From positions 32,001-96,000 of the IMG/VR virus record IMGVR_UViG_3300042465_006864: a DNA stretch of 64,000 nt; one strand, 5' to 3'. Below are positions 45,722-56,526 of the stretch, piece by piece. The stretch's first letter is position 1, and each line of letters begins with the position of its first letter. Under the pieces are notes generated by a model, which saw only the letters and a list, made by a program, of their open reading frames with translations, was not told the origin of the DNA and ran no database searches. Origin of the DNA: a virus. Both the position numbers and the translations under genes were made by a program.

Positions 45722-46770
45722 GTTTAAACGACGAACAAAAACAAAAAGTCCAAGATGCTTTTGGAAAGAATCCCGATTTGAATGAAATCGTCAAATACGT
45801 ATTTGACAATCCACAACTCGACGGTCGTTCCAAAGAAGGACGCGAAGTAAGAAAGTATATGGTCGCAGCAGGTATGAAATTTAATACCGCTCGCCGCGAA
45901 AAAAAAGAAGATATTGTCTTCTCGCCGCAGCAAAAGCAATTCATTATTGATCAAGCGAACACTGGTTTGTCTTCGTTGGCTATTGCTGAACTACTTTTCC
46001 CAAAACAGGAAATCAAGCCGCTGTCTATGGAACAGCGAGCTGTTTTCACATTGATGAGAGAAATCAATCCCGACTACAATCCTTCTCAAGACACAGACGC
46101 TGTGCTGTCAAGCTACGTGGCTCCGAAGGCGGCAGGTAGAGTTGTGAAAAAAATTAACGATGCGACTGGAAATGTATTCGAGGAAGAAAAGATTAATCGT
46201 CAGCACAGGATTTGTGTAGAAAAATTAACAATTAACTTAAACAACTCTCGGTTCGTGAAAATCATGAACAATTACACATTGAAAGACGATAGAGAATTGT
46301 TCGAGCAAGAGTTTATTCGTTTAACTTGGGACAAACCAGATTTAACATCAGACGAAATTAACCTCTACATGAACGTGTGTAAAGAAATCATTAATCTTGA
46401 GGTGATTAGTAAGCATTTGAATAAGCTGAACGATATGTTCGACATTGCTAATGATCAAGAAGAAATGAGCGTTAGATTGGCGGAAATCATTAAAGCAAAA
46501 AGCGGTGAATATCATCAATGCGAAACACGTATTGAAAATCTAACTAAAAAACTTCAAGGAGATAGATCTTCCAGAATGCAAAGTAAGCAGAAAGAAAATG
46601 CTTCTCTTTTGGCGTTGGTGCAATTCTTCCAAGACGAAGATGAGCGTAAGAACATGGTCAAAATCGCGGAAATGCAAAAACAATTAGTATCAGAAGAAGC
46701 GAATAGACTAGAAGGAATGGAAGAATGGAAAGCAAGAATTCTCGGAATATCAAAGTATGATGTCATTTAA
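45718..46770 (+). CDS. conserved coiled-coil protein (possible terminase small subunit)
   Basis: 350-aa ORF coupled upstream of the nuclease and terminase genes. Confidence 0.55.
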   Translation: MSLNDEQKQKVQDAFGKNPDLNEIVKYVFDNPQLDGRSKEGREVRKYMVAAGMKFNTARREKKEDIVFSPQQKQFIIDQANTGLSSLAIAELLFPKQEIKPLSMEQRAVFTLMREINPDYNPSQDTDAVLSSYVAPKAAGRVVKKINDATGNVFEEEKINRQHRICVEKLTINLNNSRFVKIMNNYTLKDDRELFEQEFIRLTWDKPDLTSDEINLYMNVCKEIINLEVISKHLNKLNDMFDIANDQEEMSVRLAEIIKAKSGEYHQCETRIENLTKKLQGDRSSRMQSKQKENASLLALVQFFQDEDERKNMVKIAEMQKQLVSEEANRLEGMEEWKARILGISKYDVI

Positions 46771-47692
46771 TTGTAAAGAGTGCAATGAGTCATTTGATTC
46801 ATTAAAAAGCCTACACCATCATTTCAAGAAACACGATATGATGTTGGGCGATTATTACGTCAAGCACTATCCACGCTTCAATAAGCTAACGAATGTTCCT
46901 ATTCAGTTCAAAACGTATGAGGATTACATGGAGAGAGATTTCGCCACATACGATCAATTAGTCGAGTGGTGTGATACAGCGAATCAGGAAGAAGTTGGGG
47001 CATATATTCTTTCATTGCTTAAAAAACGCATAGAAAAAAAGGGCTTGGATTATGGTCCATGCTCGACTGAATTGTTCACATCAGACTTGCCGCCAATTAG
47101 AGTATACAAACGTATCTTCGGTAGCTATAAAAAGGTATGTGATGAATGTGGCGTTAAACCAATGTTTGGATCGAACTTACCGCAAGAATTCCACAACGAT
47201 TACAGAGACGTAAAGATTTTGATTGATACGAGAGAACAGCAACCGCTCAAGTTCCGTTACTCTGCGCCATTAAAGCTCGATGTTGGAGACTATGCTGTTA
47301 CATCAGAGAACTTTAAGTATACGTATGCGGATAGAAAATCGTTTTCTGATTTTTGTAGTACTTTGTCAGCAGAGTATAAGAGATTCGTCAGAGAGCTGCA
47401 ACGCTGTAGGCAATCGGAATGTTTCTTATTCATTGTGATTGAAAGCGATTTGTATAAGATGCGCGAAATCAACAAGTATGCCCCCAAAAGATCTAATCTC
47501 GACTATATCTTCCATAACATGAAAGAACTGCAAAGAGATTTTCGAGACTGTTGCCAATTTGTTTTCGCAAAGAATAGAAGCAGCAGTCAAATACTAATAC
47601 CAAAGCTACTGATGCTTGGTCCAAAAATCTGGAACGTAGATGTTCAATACTTTTTGGATGCTGGAGAAATGAATTACTTTGAAATTAAATAA
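46757..47692 (+). CDS. C2H2 Zn-finger plus ERCC4-family structure-specific nuclease
   Basis: CKEC..H...H; IDTREQQP...LDVGDY...DRKSFSDF. Confidence 0.8.
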   Translation: MMSFNCKECNESFDSLKSLHHHFKKHDMMLGDYYVKHYPRFNKLTNVPIQFKTYEDYMERDFATYDQLVEWCDTANQEEVGAYILSLLKKRIEKKGLDYGPCSTELFTSDLPPIRVYKRIFGSYKKVCDECGVKPMFGSNLPQEFHNDYRDVKILIDTREQQPLKFRYSAPLKLDVGDYAVTSENFKYTYADRKSFSDFCSTLSAEYKRFVRELQRCRQSECFLFIVIESDLYKMREINKYAPKRSNLDYIFHNMKELQRDFRDCCQFVFAKNRSSSQILIPKLLMLGPKIWNVDVQYFLDAGEMNYFEIK

Positions 47693-47694
47693 AT

Positions 47695-49554
47695 ATGGCG
47701 TGGGAAAAAGGACATCAAATCTTACATAAGAAATTTGAAAATGTAAACCAAGAAATCTTGGACACAGAAGGCTTCATTGAAGAAGAAAAGGCTAAAGTTC
47801 TTTTGTACAAGTTCTTGCGCGAGAATCCATCTTTTACTTCTGAGCTTATTTCAGGAATTTCATTGTTTCCATTCCAACACATGGCTATTAAGGCGATGAT
47901 GGAGACAGATTACTTTTTGGGAATCTGGAGTCGCGGTCTTTCCAAATCATTCACCACTGGTATTTTCGCGGCTATGGATGCTATCTTAAATCAAGGTGTT
48001 TATATTGGCATTATATCAAAGTCTTTCCGTCAAAGTCGAATGATCTTTAACAAGATCGAAGAAATTGCCAAGAGTCCAAAAGCTGCGTATCTATCACAAT
48101 GCATCACAAGAGTAAGTAAATCCAATGACCAATGGGTTATGGAAATCGGGCGCAGTAAAATCATCGCTCTTCCTCTTGGAGATGGTGAGAAACTAAGGGG
48201 TTTCCGTTTCCAACGAATGATTATTGACGAGCTTCTTTTGATGCCCGAAAAAATCATTAACGAAGTTATTCTTCCGTTCTTGGCGGTTGTGGAAAATCCT
48301 ACAGAGCGTCAAAAGATCTACGATCTTGAAACAAAAATGATTGAGGCGGGGAAAATGACAGAAGAAGATCGTCACAGATGGTCTCATAACAAGATTATTG
48401 GACTATCTTCCGCTTCATACAAATTCGAATACTTGTATAAGCTTTATCAGCAATACGAAAACCTTATTCTCAATCCTTCTAATAAAGATAATGCTCATCG
48501 AGTGATTATGCATTTGAGCTACGACTGCGCCCCGAAACAACTTTACGATCAAAACCTTTTGGATCAGTCTAAAGCCACCATGAGCGAAGCTCAGTTTGAA
48601 AGAGAGTTTGGCTCGATCTTCACAGACGATAGCTCTGGTTACTTTAAGGTTAGCAAAATGGCAGCTTGTACAGTTCCTGATGGCGAAGGACAGTCGGTAG
48701 AGGTCGTTGGTGATAAAAATAGCGAATACATACTATCATTTGACCCATCTTGGTCAGAGAGCGAAGGTTCTGATGACTTTGCTATGCATGTAATTAAACT
48801 CAATGCTGATAAACGATTCGGGACAATAGTTCACTCGTATGCTTTGGCTGGTGCAAACTTGAAAAAGCACATTGTATACTTTCACTATCTTTATACGCAT
48901 TTCAATATACGAATGATTGTGGGTGACTATAACGGCGGCGTTCAGTTTATTAATTCGTGCAATGAAAGTGAAATCTTTAAAAAGGCGGGGATTCAAATCC
49001 AATGCATTGATTCAGATTTTGATGATCCACAAAACTACAATGCCGATTTGCGCAGTGCTAGAAATCAATACAATGTAGAATCAAAGAAAATATGCATACT
49101 TAGAAAGCCTAGCTCATCATGGATTCGTTCGGCAAATGAGATGCTTCAAGCTGCTTTTGATCATAAGAAGATTTGGTTTGCTGGTACAGCTTTAGATGAC
49201 GATTATTCGCGGCAAAAGTCAGCAGTGATTCCTATTGATGAGATTGCATTCTCACGATTCAACGATGAAGGCGACTCATATGCAAAACAAATAGATTTAA
49301 TTGAGCATTTGAAAGATACAATTGATGCTACTAAAGTTCAATGCGCATTGATTCAAGTATCTACGACAGCGAACGGTTCTCAATCATTTGATTTGCCATA
49401 CAACCTCAAGAAGCAGCGAAACGCTGATAAAGCAAGAAAAGACTCTTACTCTGCTCTAGTGCTTGGTAACTGGCTTATGAACATTTATTTCGATATGATG
49501 GCGACTCCAGAGGCAGCTGCACAGACTACATTTGTTCCAATGTTTGTTGATTAA
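47695..49554 (+). CDS. terL: terminase large subunit
   Basis: LFPFQ, SRGLSKS (Walker A), LRGFR..IIDE (Walker B), LSSA, FEREF, LSFDP and KDSYSA nuclease motifs. Confidence 0.9.
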   Translation: MAWEKGHQILHKKFENVNQEILDTEGFIEEEKAKVLLYKFLRENPSFTSELISGISLFPFQHMAIKAMMETDYFLGIWSRGLSKSFTTGIFAAMDAILNQGVYIGIISKSFRQSRMIFNKIEEIAKSPKAAYLSQCITRVSKSNDQWVMEIGRSKIIALPLGDGEKLRGFRFQRMIIDELLLMPEKIINEVILPFLAVVENPTERQKIYDLETKMIEAGKMTEEDRHRWSHNKIIGLSSASYKFEYLYKLYQQYENLILNPSNKDNAHRVIMHLSYDCAPKQLYDQNLLDQSKATMSEAQFEREFGSIFTDDSSGYFKVSKMAACTVPDGEGQSVEVVGDKNSEYILSFDPSWSESEGSDDFAMHVIKLNADKRFGTIVHSYALAGANLKKHIVYFHYLYTHFNIRMIVGDYNGGVQFINSCNESEIFKKAGIQIQCIDSDFDDPQNYNADLRSARNQYNVESKKICILRKPSSSWIRSANEMLQAAFDHKKIWFAGTALDDDYSRQKSAVIPIDEIAFSRFNDEGDSYAKQIDLIEHLKDTIDATKVQCALIQVSTTANGSQSFDLPYNLKKQRNADKARKDSYSALVLGNWLMNIYFDMMATPEAAAQTTFVPMFVD

Positions 49555-49597
49555 CTTTTAAAGTTAACTTTTAGACTTTTTTGTGTAATATAGAGTA

Positions 49598-51592
49598 ATG
49601 GATAAGCGACATTACAACAAAAAATCTGACTACTGGAAAAAATTCGAAAAATCGCAAATTAAAATCATGGCAAATGCTCATGAAGACTATGAGCCAGAAC
49701 TATGTGGCGAACCGTTTTATGTTGCAGAGGCATCACTGAATACTTCTTTTGCAAACGATGACTATAGTCGCGTAGATAGTTCTTCTCGTAGCGGTAGCCG
49801 CAGGAATAGAGCTGCAACCTCAAGAACTCATGATCGCTTTAGTAGCATCCGTAATGGGCTTTTGCCTTATAGCTATGCTATGGATGGTGTCAATGTTCGC
49901 GAGGCAATCGAACTGTGCCAAAAAGCTTACGCCAATGTCGCTGTATTCAGAAACTCTATCGACATCATGTCTGAGTTTTCCAATACTGAACTGTATCTTG
50001 ATGGCGGATCGCAAAAGAGTCGCGATTTCTTTAATCAGTGGTTTAAGAAGATCAAATTGTGGCACTTGAAAGATCAATTCTTCAGAGAATTCTATCGCAG
50101 TGGCAACATTTTCTTTTATCGCGTGGATGGAACGATCCAAACTAAAGACTTTACCAAGTTGATACAACAAATCGCGGAAGAACAGCCGACTTCCAGTAAA
50201 GTTCCCGTTAGATATATTTTGCTTAACCCGTTTGACATTGTTGCAAAACGTGGATCGAGCTTTGAGACAGGATCATATGAAAAAATTCTTTCTGAATATG
50301 AACTAGCTCGTTTGCAAAATCCAGTTTCTGACGAAGACAAGGAAACTCTTAATGGTTTACCCGATGATGTAAGACAAGATATTCAAAAAGGCGCTTATTA
50401 CCAAAATGGATTGAAAATCAAACTCGATCCAAGCAAAATCATTTTCGTTTTCTACAAAAAACAAGACTACGAACCATTTGCAATTCCATTTGGCTATCCA
50501 GTCTTGGAAGATATTAATGCTAAGCTTGAATTGAAGAAAATGGATCAAGCAATTACTCGCACTGTTGAGAATGTCATTCTATTGATTACAATGGGAGCTG
50601 AGCCAGAAAAAGGCGGCATCAATCAAAACAACTTGATGGCTATGCAAAAACTATTCAAGAACGAAAGCGTTGGTCGAGTTCTTGTTTCTGACTATACCAC
50701 AAAAGCTGACTTCGTTATTCCTGATTTGAACAAGGTTCTTGGTCCAGAAAAGTATAAAGTTCTCAATGAAGACATTAAACAAGGACTTCAAAACATTATT
50801 GTCGGAGAAGAGAAGTATAGCTCTACAGAAGTTAAAGCAGAAATCTTTTTGGATAGACTTAAAGAAGCTAGAAATGCGTTCTTGAATGATTTCTTGCAGC
50901 CCGAAATTAAAAGAATCGCCAAAACTCTTGGTTTGAAAAAATATCCTACTGCTAAGTTTAGAGACATTGACATTAGAGACAAGACGCAGCTTATGCGCGT
51001 AACTACTCGATTGATGGAGCTTGGTATTATCACTCCGCAACAAGGTATTGACATGTTCCATACTGGCGAGTTTCCAAAATCAGAAGATATTGCGCCATCT
51101 CAGCCAGAATTTGTTTCGCAGCGCAAAGAAGGTTACTACAATCCAATCGTCGGCGGCATTCCAACAATCTCGCCGCCAGCGCCGAAAGTTCCTAAAGATT
51201 CTGGACCGATTAATGCGACTCCAAAAGTTGCTGGTCGCCCAGAAGGAACAACTGGCATTCCATTGGCAAAAGCCAAATTATCAGTAAAGAATATTCGCGG
51301 CGTTGTAACAAAAATAGAATCTCTTCGTGCATCTATCGAAAGCGAATTGAAAGCATCGTTATCGCTGGAAACATTATCTGATAATCAACAGGAAATGGTG
51401 AATAAGCTGTGTGAAACCGTTGTTGTTTCAAGCGATTTAGAAAGTTGGGATGAAGTAGCATCTTCATGTGTAAAGGATTTTGAGACTATCGCTTCTTTAT
51501 CTACTCTCCCAGAAGTATTAGAAGCAGCAGCAGAATTCGAAATTGATGATGATTATTCTGCGGCATTATTATACCATTCACAAACAAAATAA
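49598..51592 (+). CDS. portal protein
   Basis: 664 aa directly after terL; VFRNSIDIMSEF and FFREFYRSGN portal-like segments. Confidence 0.8.
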   Translation: MDKRHYNKKSDYWKKFEKSQIKIMANAHEDYEPELCGEPFYVAEASLNTSFANDDYSRVDSSSRSGSRRNRAATSRTHDRFSSIRNGLLPYSYAMDGVNVREAIELCQKAYANVAVFRNSIDIMSEFSNTELYLDGGSQKSRDFFNQWFKKIKLWHLKDQFFREFYRSGNIFFYRVDGTIQTKDFTKLIQQIAEEQPTSSKVPVRYILLNPFDIVAKRGSSFETGSYEKILSEYELARLQNPVSDEDKETLNGLPDDVRQDIQKGAYYQNGLKIKLDPSKIIFVFYKKQDYEPFAIPFGYPVLEDINAKLELKKMDQAITRTVENVILLITMGAEPEKGGINQNNLMAMQKLFKNESVGRVLVSDYTTKADFVIPDLNKVLGPEKYKVLNEDIKQGLQNIIVGEEKYSSTEVKAEIFLDRLKEARNAFLNDFLQPEIKRIAKTLGLKKYPTAKFRDIDIRDKTQLMRVTTRLMELGIITPQQGIDMFHTGEFPKSEDIAPSQPEFVSQRKEGYYNPIVGGIPTISPPAPKVPKDSGPINATPKVAGRPEGTTGIPLAKAKLSVKNIRGVVTKIESLRASIESELKASLSLETLSDNQQEMVNKLCETVVVSSDLESWDEVASSCVKDFETIASLSTLPEVLEAAAEFEIDDDYSAALLYHSQTK

Positions 51593-51991
51593 ATGAAAAT
51601 TAATCCCGAAGATATTAAAGTACCACTCGAAAAAGTAGTGGAAGTTAAAAACAGAGAAGTTCAAGTGTCCCTTGCTAAAATGGATAACGGCAAAGCCGCA
51701 ATCTATAAAACATTCATGAGCGCATGTGCATCAGACGATAAAGCTTTAGTTGATACCACAGATATGGATGACGAATCAACCATGAAAGCTTGTATGGTGC
51801 AATTTGACAATATGAAAGCAATGCTTATGGAAAAAAGTAATTCTGGAGAATTGACACCAGCGCAAAAAAAACTTCCACCAGCTCTTCAAAAAGCCATCCT
51901 CAAAAAGATGGATAAGCCATCTGATCCCGCTTCTCACGAAAACAAAGAAACTGACGAAGAGGAAGAAATGGAAGAGGGCGAAGACGATTAA
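51593..51991 (+). CDS. hypothetical head-region protein
   Basis: ORF between portal and protease; LTPAQKKLPPALQKAIL motif. Confidence 0.65.
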   Translation: MKINPEDIKVPLEKVVEVKNREVQVSLAKMDNGKAAIYKTFMSACASDDKALVDTTDMDDESTMKACMVQFDNMKAMLMEKSNSGELTPAQKKLPPALQKAILKKMDKPSDPASHENKETDEEEEMEEGEDD

Positions 51992-51999
51992 TTTTAAAT

Positions 52000-53565
52000 A
52001 TGAAAAAAAATTATCTATACACAGCTTCTTTTGATTCGCCGATTCTTGCTTATGCGCGAGAAGAGGAGTCGTTTATATCTAAAGCTTCATTGAAAAACTT
52101 GCGATCCTTGTTGCCGCAGGATATTGACTTCTCGCAGAATATTGACCTGCTTGGAGTAGCTTTTAATGCGGCAGTAGTTAATCAATTCAACAAGAATGAT
52201 GATGGTATTGACTCAGCTTTGGCGGCACAAGTAGTTCAAAACTTTAAGCATAAACCTACTAATATCGAACACAATAAAGAAAACATTGTCGGACATATTA
52301 TCAACGCTGGATTTAGCGAATATAATAATTCCAATAAAATGATTTCAGCAGAAGAAGCTCGCGATATGAAAGATCCTTTCAATATTGCATTGGGCGCTGT
52401 TGTTTATAAACATGTAAATAAAGACTTTGTAAAATTGATTGAAAGATCGGTTGACGAATTTGATACACTTCACGAAGCAGTTTCTGCTAGCTGGGAAATT
52501 GGCTTTAGCGAATATGACATTTTGGTCGGCAGCAAAAACATGAAAGATGCTGAGCGTATTGATCCAAAACACTTCAACGAAATTAAACCGATGCTCAAAG
52601 CATACGGTGGCAATGGAGCAATGAAAGATGGAACTAAAGTTTATCGACTTCTTAAAGGAGAAATCTTCCCACTTGGTATCGGCTTTACTACTAAGCCAGC
52701 CGCCGATGTAAAAGGTTTGTATTCTGAAAATGCAACTACCAATAATATCACCTTCAAAGACAAAAGAGATGCAAAAGCCTATTTTGATATTAAAAATAAC
52801 ATTTTTTCTAAAAAAAATACCGCTTTTATTTCCCATTTAGATAATGGTGATGTAAAAAACAAAAAAGAAACTAATATGGATATTGAACAAATTCTTGCCG
52901 AACTGAAAGGTCTCCTTGTTGAGAAGAAATTCTCCGAAGAGGCAGTTGCTAATATGACGCAGACCTTCGCTGAAGCGATTAAAAAGAAAGACGCAGAATA
53001 TCGCGATTCTATGACCAAAGCCGAAAAAGAAAAAGAAGACATGGCTAAGGAAAAAGAAGAAATGAAAGATTCTGTTAAAAAAGTTGAAGCTGAACTCAAA
53101 GCTGCTGTTGAAAAAATTCAAGAGTTTGAAAACTTCCAAAAACAAGAAGAAGCTGTTGCTCGTTTCAATTCCCGTATGGAAGTGATCGACCAAGGTTATG
53201 AGCTTGACGACGAAGATCGCAAAGTTTTGGCTTCTGATCTTAAAGAACTTGCTGCTACCGAAGAAGCTTTTGCTTCTTATCAAGAAAAGCTTGCCGTTAT
53301 GTGGAAACACAAAAACAAAGAAGCTAAAGCAGCTTTCGAAAAACAAATTCAAGCTCGTATTGACGAAGAAGTCGCTAAGAAAATTTCCGTTTCGAATGCT
53401 TCTGAAAACAAAACCGCAGAAGAACTGGCTCAAGAAGCTCTTGACAATGCTAAAGCTTCTGAAACCACTCTTCCAAACAACAACGAAGCTCAATCGCAAC
53501 AACCCGTCTCTTTCAAAGAAAAATTTGCTAATGCATTTAGCAGAGAAAACATTGTAATCTCCTAA
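52000..53565 (+). CDS. prohead protease-scaffold fusion
   Basis: NKNDD, NIEHN...IVGHI, SASWEIGF and GIGFTTKPAA protease-like N-half; long E/K coiled-coil C-half. Confidence 0.75.
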   Translation: MKKNYLYTASFDSPILAYAREEESFISKASLKNLRSLLPQDIDFSQNIDLLGVAFNAAVVNQFNKNDDGIDSALAAQVVQNFKHKPTNIEHNKENIVGHIINAGFSEYNNSNKMISAEEARDMKDPFNIALGAVVYKHVNKDFVKLIERSVDEFDTLHEAVSASWEIGFSEYDILVGSKNMKDAERIDPKHFNEIKPMLKAYGGNGAMKDGTKVYRLLKGEIFPLGIGFTTKPAADVKGLYSENATTNNITFKDKRDAKAYFDIKNNIFSKKNTAFISHLDNGDVKNKKETNMDIEQILAELKGLLVEKKFSEEAVANMTQTFAEAIKKKDAEYRDSMTKAEKEKEDMAKEKEEMKDSVKKVEAELKAAVEKIQEFENFQKQEEAVARFNSRMEVIDQGYELDDEDRKVLASDLKELAATEEAFASYQEKLAVMWKHKNKEAKAAFEKQIQARIDEEVAKKISVSNASENKTAEELAQEALDNAKASETTLPNNNEAQSQQPVSFKEKFANAFSRENIVIS

Positions 53566-53597
53566 TTTAAACAAAAACAATCTAATAAACAAAATAT

Positions 53598-54233
53598 ATG
53601 GCACTTAGAACACTACCATTCAGACAGTATAACGAAACTGATGTTATCAACATGTTCGCTATGGGTACTGGATTCATTAATGAATCCGTTACCGACAGCG
53701 GCAATGGCGATGCTGGCGTTTTCGTTACCGTGGAATCTGGCAACCTCAATCTCGATACTATCGTGTATGACAGCGCTTACGACTCCTATCTCGGCAAAAC
53801 CAATTACCCACACGTTGGAGTTAACCAATATCCTCGCGTTTCCCTCTCGCTGAAACCTGCGACTTCTGGCGATGCTCTTGTTGGTATCACTCTCCGTCAA
53901 ACTGCAAAGACTGACGAAAACGGTGAGAAACTTCTCTACTACCCACAAAAAGCTGAAGAGCTGATGTGTATGCTTCCTGGTCAAGCAGTTCCTGTTGCTA
54001 GCCGTGGTGTATTCACCCTCGCTGCTTCTGCTTTCGCTGGCTCTGTTCCAGCAATTGGCTCTGGCTTCAAACTTCCTAGCGGTGTCAGCGGTAAAGTTAC
54101 TGGCTGCACTAACAGTGATGCCCAGAAAGTCGGCACGGTTTTGGCTACTGGCTCGCGCACAGCTAGCGTTTCAACCGCAAACCTTTCAGATCCTTTGACT
54201 GGCTCGTATGCCATCGTTTTCTTGGGTCTCTAA
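53598..54233 (+). CDS. putative capsid decoration/cement protein
   Basis: 211 aa, G/S/T-rich, between the scaffold and MCP genes. Confidence 0.65.
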   Translation: MALRTLPFRQYNETDVINMFAMGTGFINESVTDSGNGDAGVFVTVESGNLNLDTIVYDSAYDSYLGKTNYPHVGVNQYPRVSLSLKPATSGDALVGITLRQTAKTDENGEKLLYYPQKAEELMCMLPGQAVPVASRGVFTLAASAFAGSVPAIGSGFKLPSGVSGKVTGCTNSDAQKVGTVLATGSRTASVSTANLSDPLTGSYAIVFLGL

Positions 54234-54256
54234 TTTTAACTTAGAAAAATAATCAC

Positions 54257-55399
54257 ATGAAAATTACCCTTAAAAGAACTCCTGAACAAATCGAGCTTGT
54301 GAAAGCTATGGCTTCGAAAAATCGCGCTATCGCGACCGAAGCTCAAGTTGCACTCGCTGAGTTCATTGGTCCTGTGTTGGCTGAAGTGATCAACAACGCT
54401 CCTACGTTGAGCAACTTGTTCACCACTCTGCAATTCAATGCCGATGACAATCCTAGCATTCCGCTTGACCTCTATTATGATGTTAACGCTGAAGACTATA
54501 TCGAAGTTTACAGCCAAAGCGCTGCTGGCGGTCTTCCTCAGAACCAAGTACTTCCTACTGTTTCTGAAATGAAGATCCACACCTACACTCTTGACTCTGC
54601 ATTGAGCTTTGATAAGCGCTATGCTGCTAAGAGCCGCTTGGATGTAATCAGCAAAACCTTCACTCGCCTCGCTCAAGAAATTCTTCTGAAGCAAGAGAAG
54701 ACTTCGGCAAACCTATTGCTTGGCGCTCTCGCCAACGCTCAAACCAACGGCAAGAAACACGTTCAACGTGCCAACACTAACGGTCGTTTCCTCTTGGCTG
54801 ACTTGAACGAACTGTTCACTCTTGCTAAGCGTATCAACACCTCTTGGCTTGGTGGCACTCCAGATGCTCGTCAAGGTCGTGGTCTTACAGACATCATCGT
54901 GTCTCCTGAAGTTGTTCAAGAGCTTCGCGCTATGGCTTACAATCCTATCAATACCAAAGGTTCACCTGCTGGTGGCACTCCTACTGATGGTATCGCTGCT
55001 CCTGATGACATGAGAACTGCTATCTATAACTCCGCAGGTATTCCTGAGTTTTATGGTGTAGCCATCATGGAAATCAATGAGCTTGGTCGTGGTCAACGCT
55101 TCAACAGCATCTTCGACACCGTTGCTGGTTCGACTGCCTTCACTAACGCTGCTGGAGGCAACTCCGCTGCATTTGATGGCGCTGCTGAAGAGATCATCAT
55201 TGGTCTTGATCGTGGTCGTGAGTCTCTGATCCGTGCTGTTGCTGTGGATTCGGAAAATGGTTCGGAGTTCTCTCTGACTGCCGATGACCAATACAGCGTT
55301 CGTCAGAAGAAAATCGGCTACTTCGGCTCGATGGAAGAAGGTCGCATGGTGCTTGACACCCGCGCTCTGGTTGGCAAGATCGTTTCGGGTCTCGCCTAA
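54257..55399 (+). CDS. major capsid protein
   Basis: 380 aa, position in the head module, biased codon usage, strong hairpins downstream. Confidence 0.8.
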   Translation: MKITLKRTPEQIELVKAMASKNRAIATEAQVALAEFIGPVLAEVINNAPTLSNLFTTLQFNADDNPSIPLDLYYDVNAEDYIEVYSQSAAGGLPQNQVLPTVSEMKIHTYTLDSALSFDKRYAAKSRLDVISKTFTRLAQEILLKQEKTSANLLLGALANAQTNGKKHVQRANTNGRFLLADLNELFTLAKRINTSWLGGTPDARQGRGLTDIIVSPEVVQELRAMAYNPINTKGSPAGGTPTDGIAAPDDMRTAIYNSAGIPEFYGVAIMEINELGRGQRFNSIFDTVAGSTAFTNAAGGNSAAFDGAAEEIIIGLDRGRESLIRAVAVDSENGSEFSLTADDQYSVRQKKIGYFGSMEEGRMVLDTRALVGKIVSGLA

Positions 55400-55406
55400 T
55401 AGATTC

Positions 55407-55486
55407 AGGCTGGGGGGTTCGCCTCCCAGCTTTCAAAAAACCCACCACGCCTCTCAACGATGCGAACCAGGGTGGGTATTTTTTTG
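55407..55486 (+). terminator. hairpins/terminator after the MCP gene
   Basis: GCTGGGGGG-TTCG-CCTCCCAGC-TTT, then ACCCACC...GGTGGGT with a T run. Confidence 0.6.
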
Positions 55487-55519
55487 CTTAAATTTAATAT
55501 TTAAATGTTACCATAAAGT

Positions 55520-55975
55520 ATGGCTAGAAAAAAACAAATAGTAGAAGAAACCAATGGAATGATTCAAGAACCTGTATCTGAATCAATTGCCAGTGTCCCC
55601 AAAAGAACGCTCATTCAAGAGATTGAAGAAATGAAAGCATCTGGCTTAGTTGGCACTCCAGATTTTACTGATAAAATGCGCCAGTTGGAAGTTATGTTGG
55701 GCGTGAGTCAAATCAGTCCATTCGGCACAAATGAGCTGGAAATCTTTGAACAAAATCTCGCGGAAATGTCTCTTTCTGATATGCAAAAACTTGCACTCAA
55801 GATTGGCACAAATCCATATCACGAAAAGCCTGTATTGAAGAAGAGTCTCATTAGAGAGTTTACTGCTTACACACGCAATAGTCGCCGCAATATTATGCCT
55901 ACTGCTGTACAGTCGTTTGTTATCGACCACAACAATCCCAAGCATCAAGAATTATTGAAGCTACTCAATAACTAA
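55520..55975 (+). CDS. hypothetical protein
   Basis: ORF after the MCP gene. Confidence 0.65.
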   Translation: MARKKQIVEETNGMIQEPVSESIASVPKRTLIQEIEEMKASGLVGTPDFTDKMRQLEVMLGVSQISPFGTNELEIFEQNLAEMSLSDMQKLALKIGTNPYHEKPVLKKSLIREFTAYTRNSRRNIMPTAVQSFVIDHNNPKHQELLKLLNN

Positions 55976-55989
55976 GTGTAAAAGAATAC

Positions 55990-56469
55990 ATGAGTACATT
56001 AAGTGGTTTAGCAACCAAAATATTTCAGACGGAGTTTGACAGTGATACTGGCGTTGTGCCACGTTCTTACATTGAAGCATGGCTTGGCGCTAATTTGGGG
56101 CTATTAAATACGCGCATCAATACATCTTATAGCGGAGTTAACGCTCCACTAGATCAAGAGTCTCAGGCTATCTATAAAGAGATGTATATGGCAAACTATT
56201 ACCGCAAACAATCGCGTAATGCGTTGAAAGGATTAGTCGGCAACACAGATGGCTCAGATATTCTTTCGCTAAGAGATGGCAACAGCTCTGTTACATTCAC
56301 CAATAAGAACGAAGTATCAAAAGTATACAAGTCTTTGTCGGATGATTGCGAAACAAAAATTGACAAGCTCGCTCATCAGTATAACATGTATCAGTCAGAG
56401 CCTTTACAATTGGGCGGATTGGAAACTGATGGAGTATTAACCATTGCTGATTACAATACGTTTCTGTAA
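55990..56469 (+). CDS. putative head-tail adaptor
   Basis: Size, position and helical pattern; GTGTAA upstream. Confidence 0.6.
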   Translation: MSTLSGLATKIFQTEFDSDTGVVPRSYIEAWLGANLGLLNTRINTSYSGVNAPLDQESQAIYKEMYMANYYRKQSRNALKGLVGNTDGSDILSLRDGNSSVTFTNKNEVSKVYKSLSDDCETKIDKLAHQYNMYQSEPLQLGGLETDGVLTIADYNTFL

Positions 56470-56490
56470 AGCGGAAAAGTATAGAAAGAG

Positions 56491-56520
56491 AAAAGGCGCT
56501 GTTTTCACAGCGCCTTTTTT
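56491..56520. terminator. bidirectional terminator
   Basis: AAAAGGCGCTG-TTTTCA-CAGCGCCTTTTTT between convergent genes. Confidence 0.8.
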
Positions 56521-56526
56521 AATTGA

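Noticed and set aside
52345-53604. Long antisense ORFs (e.g. 52837..53604, 3605..4060, 58033..58476)
   Set aside because: Shadow frames of clearly identified genes on the other strand.
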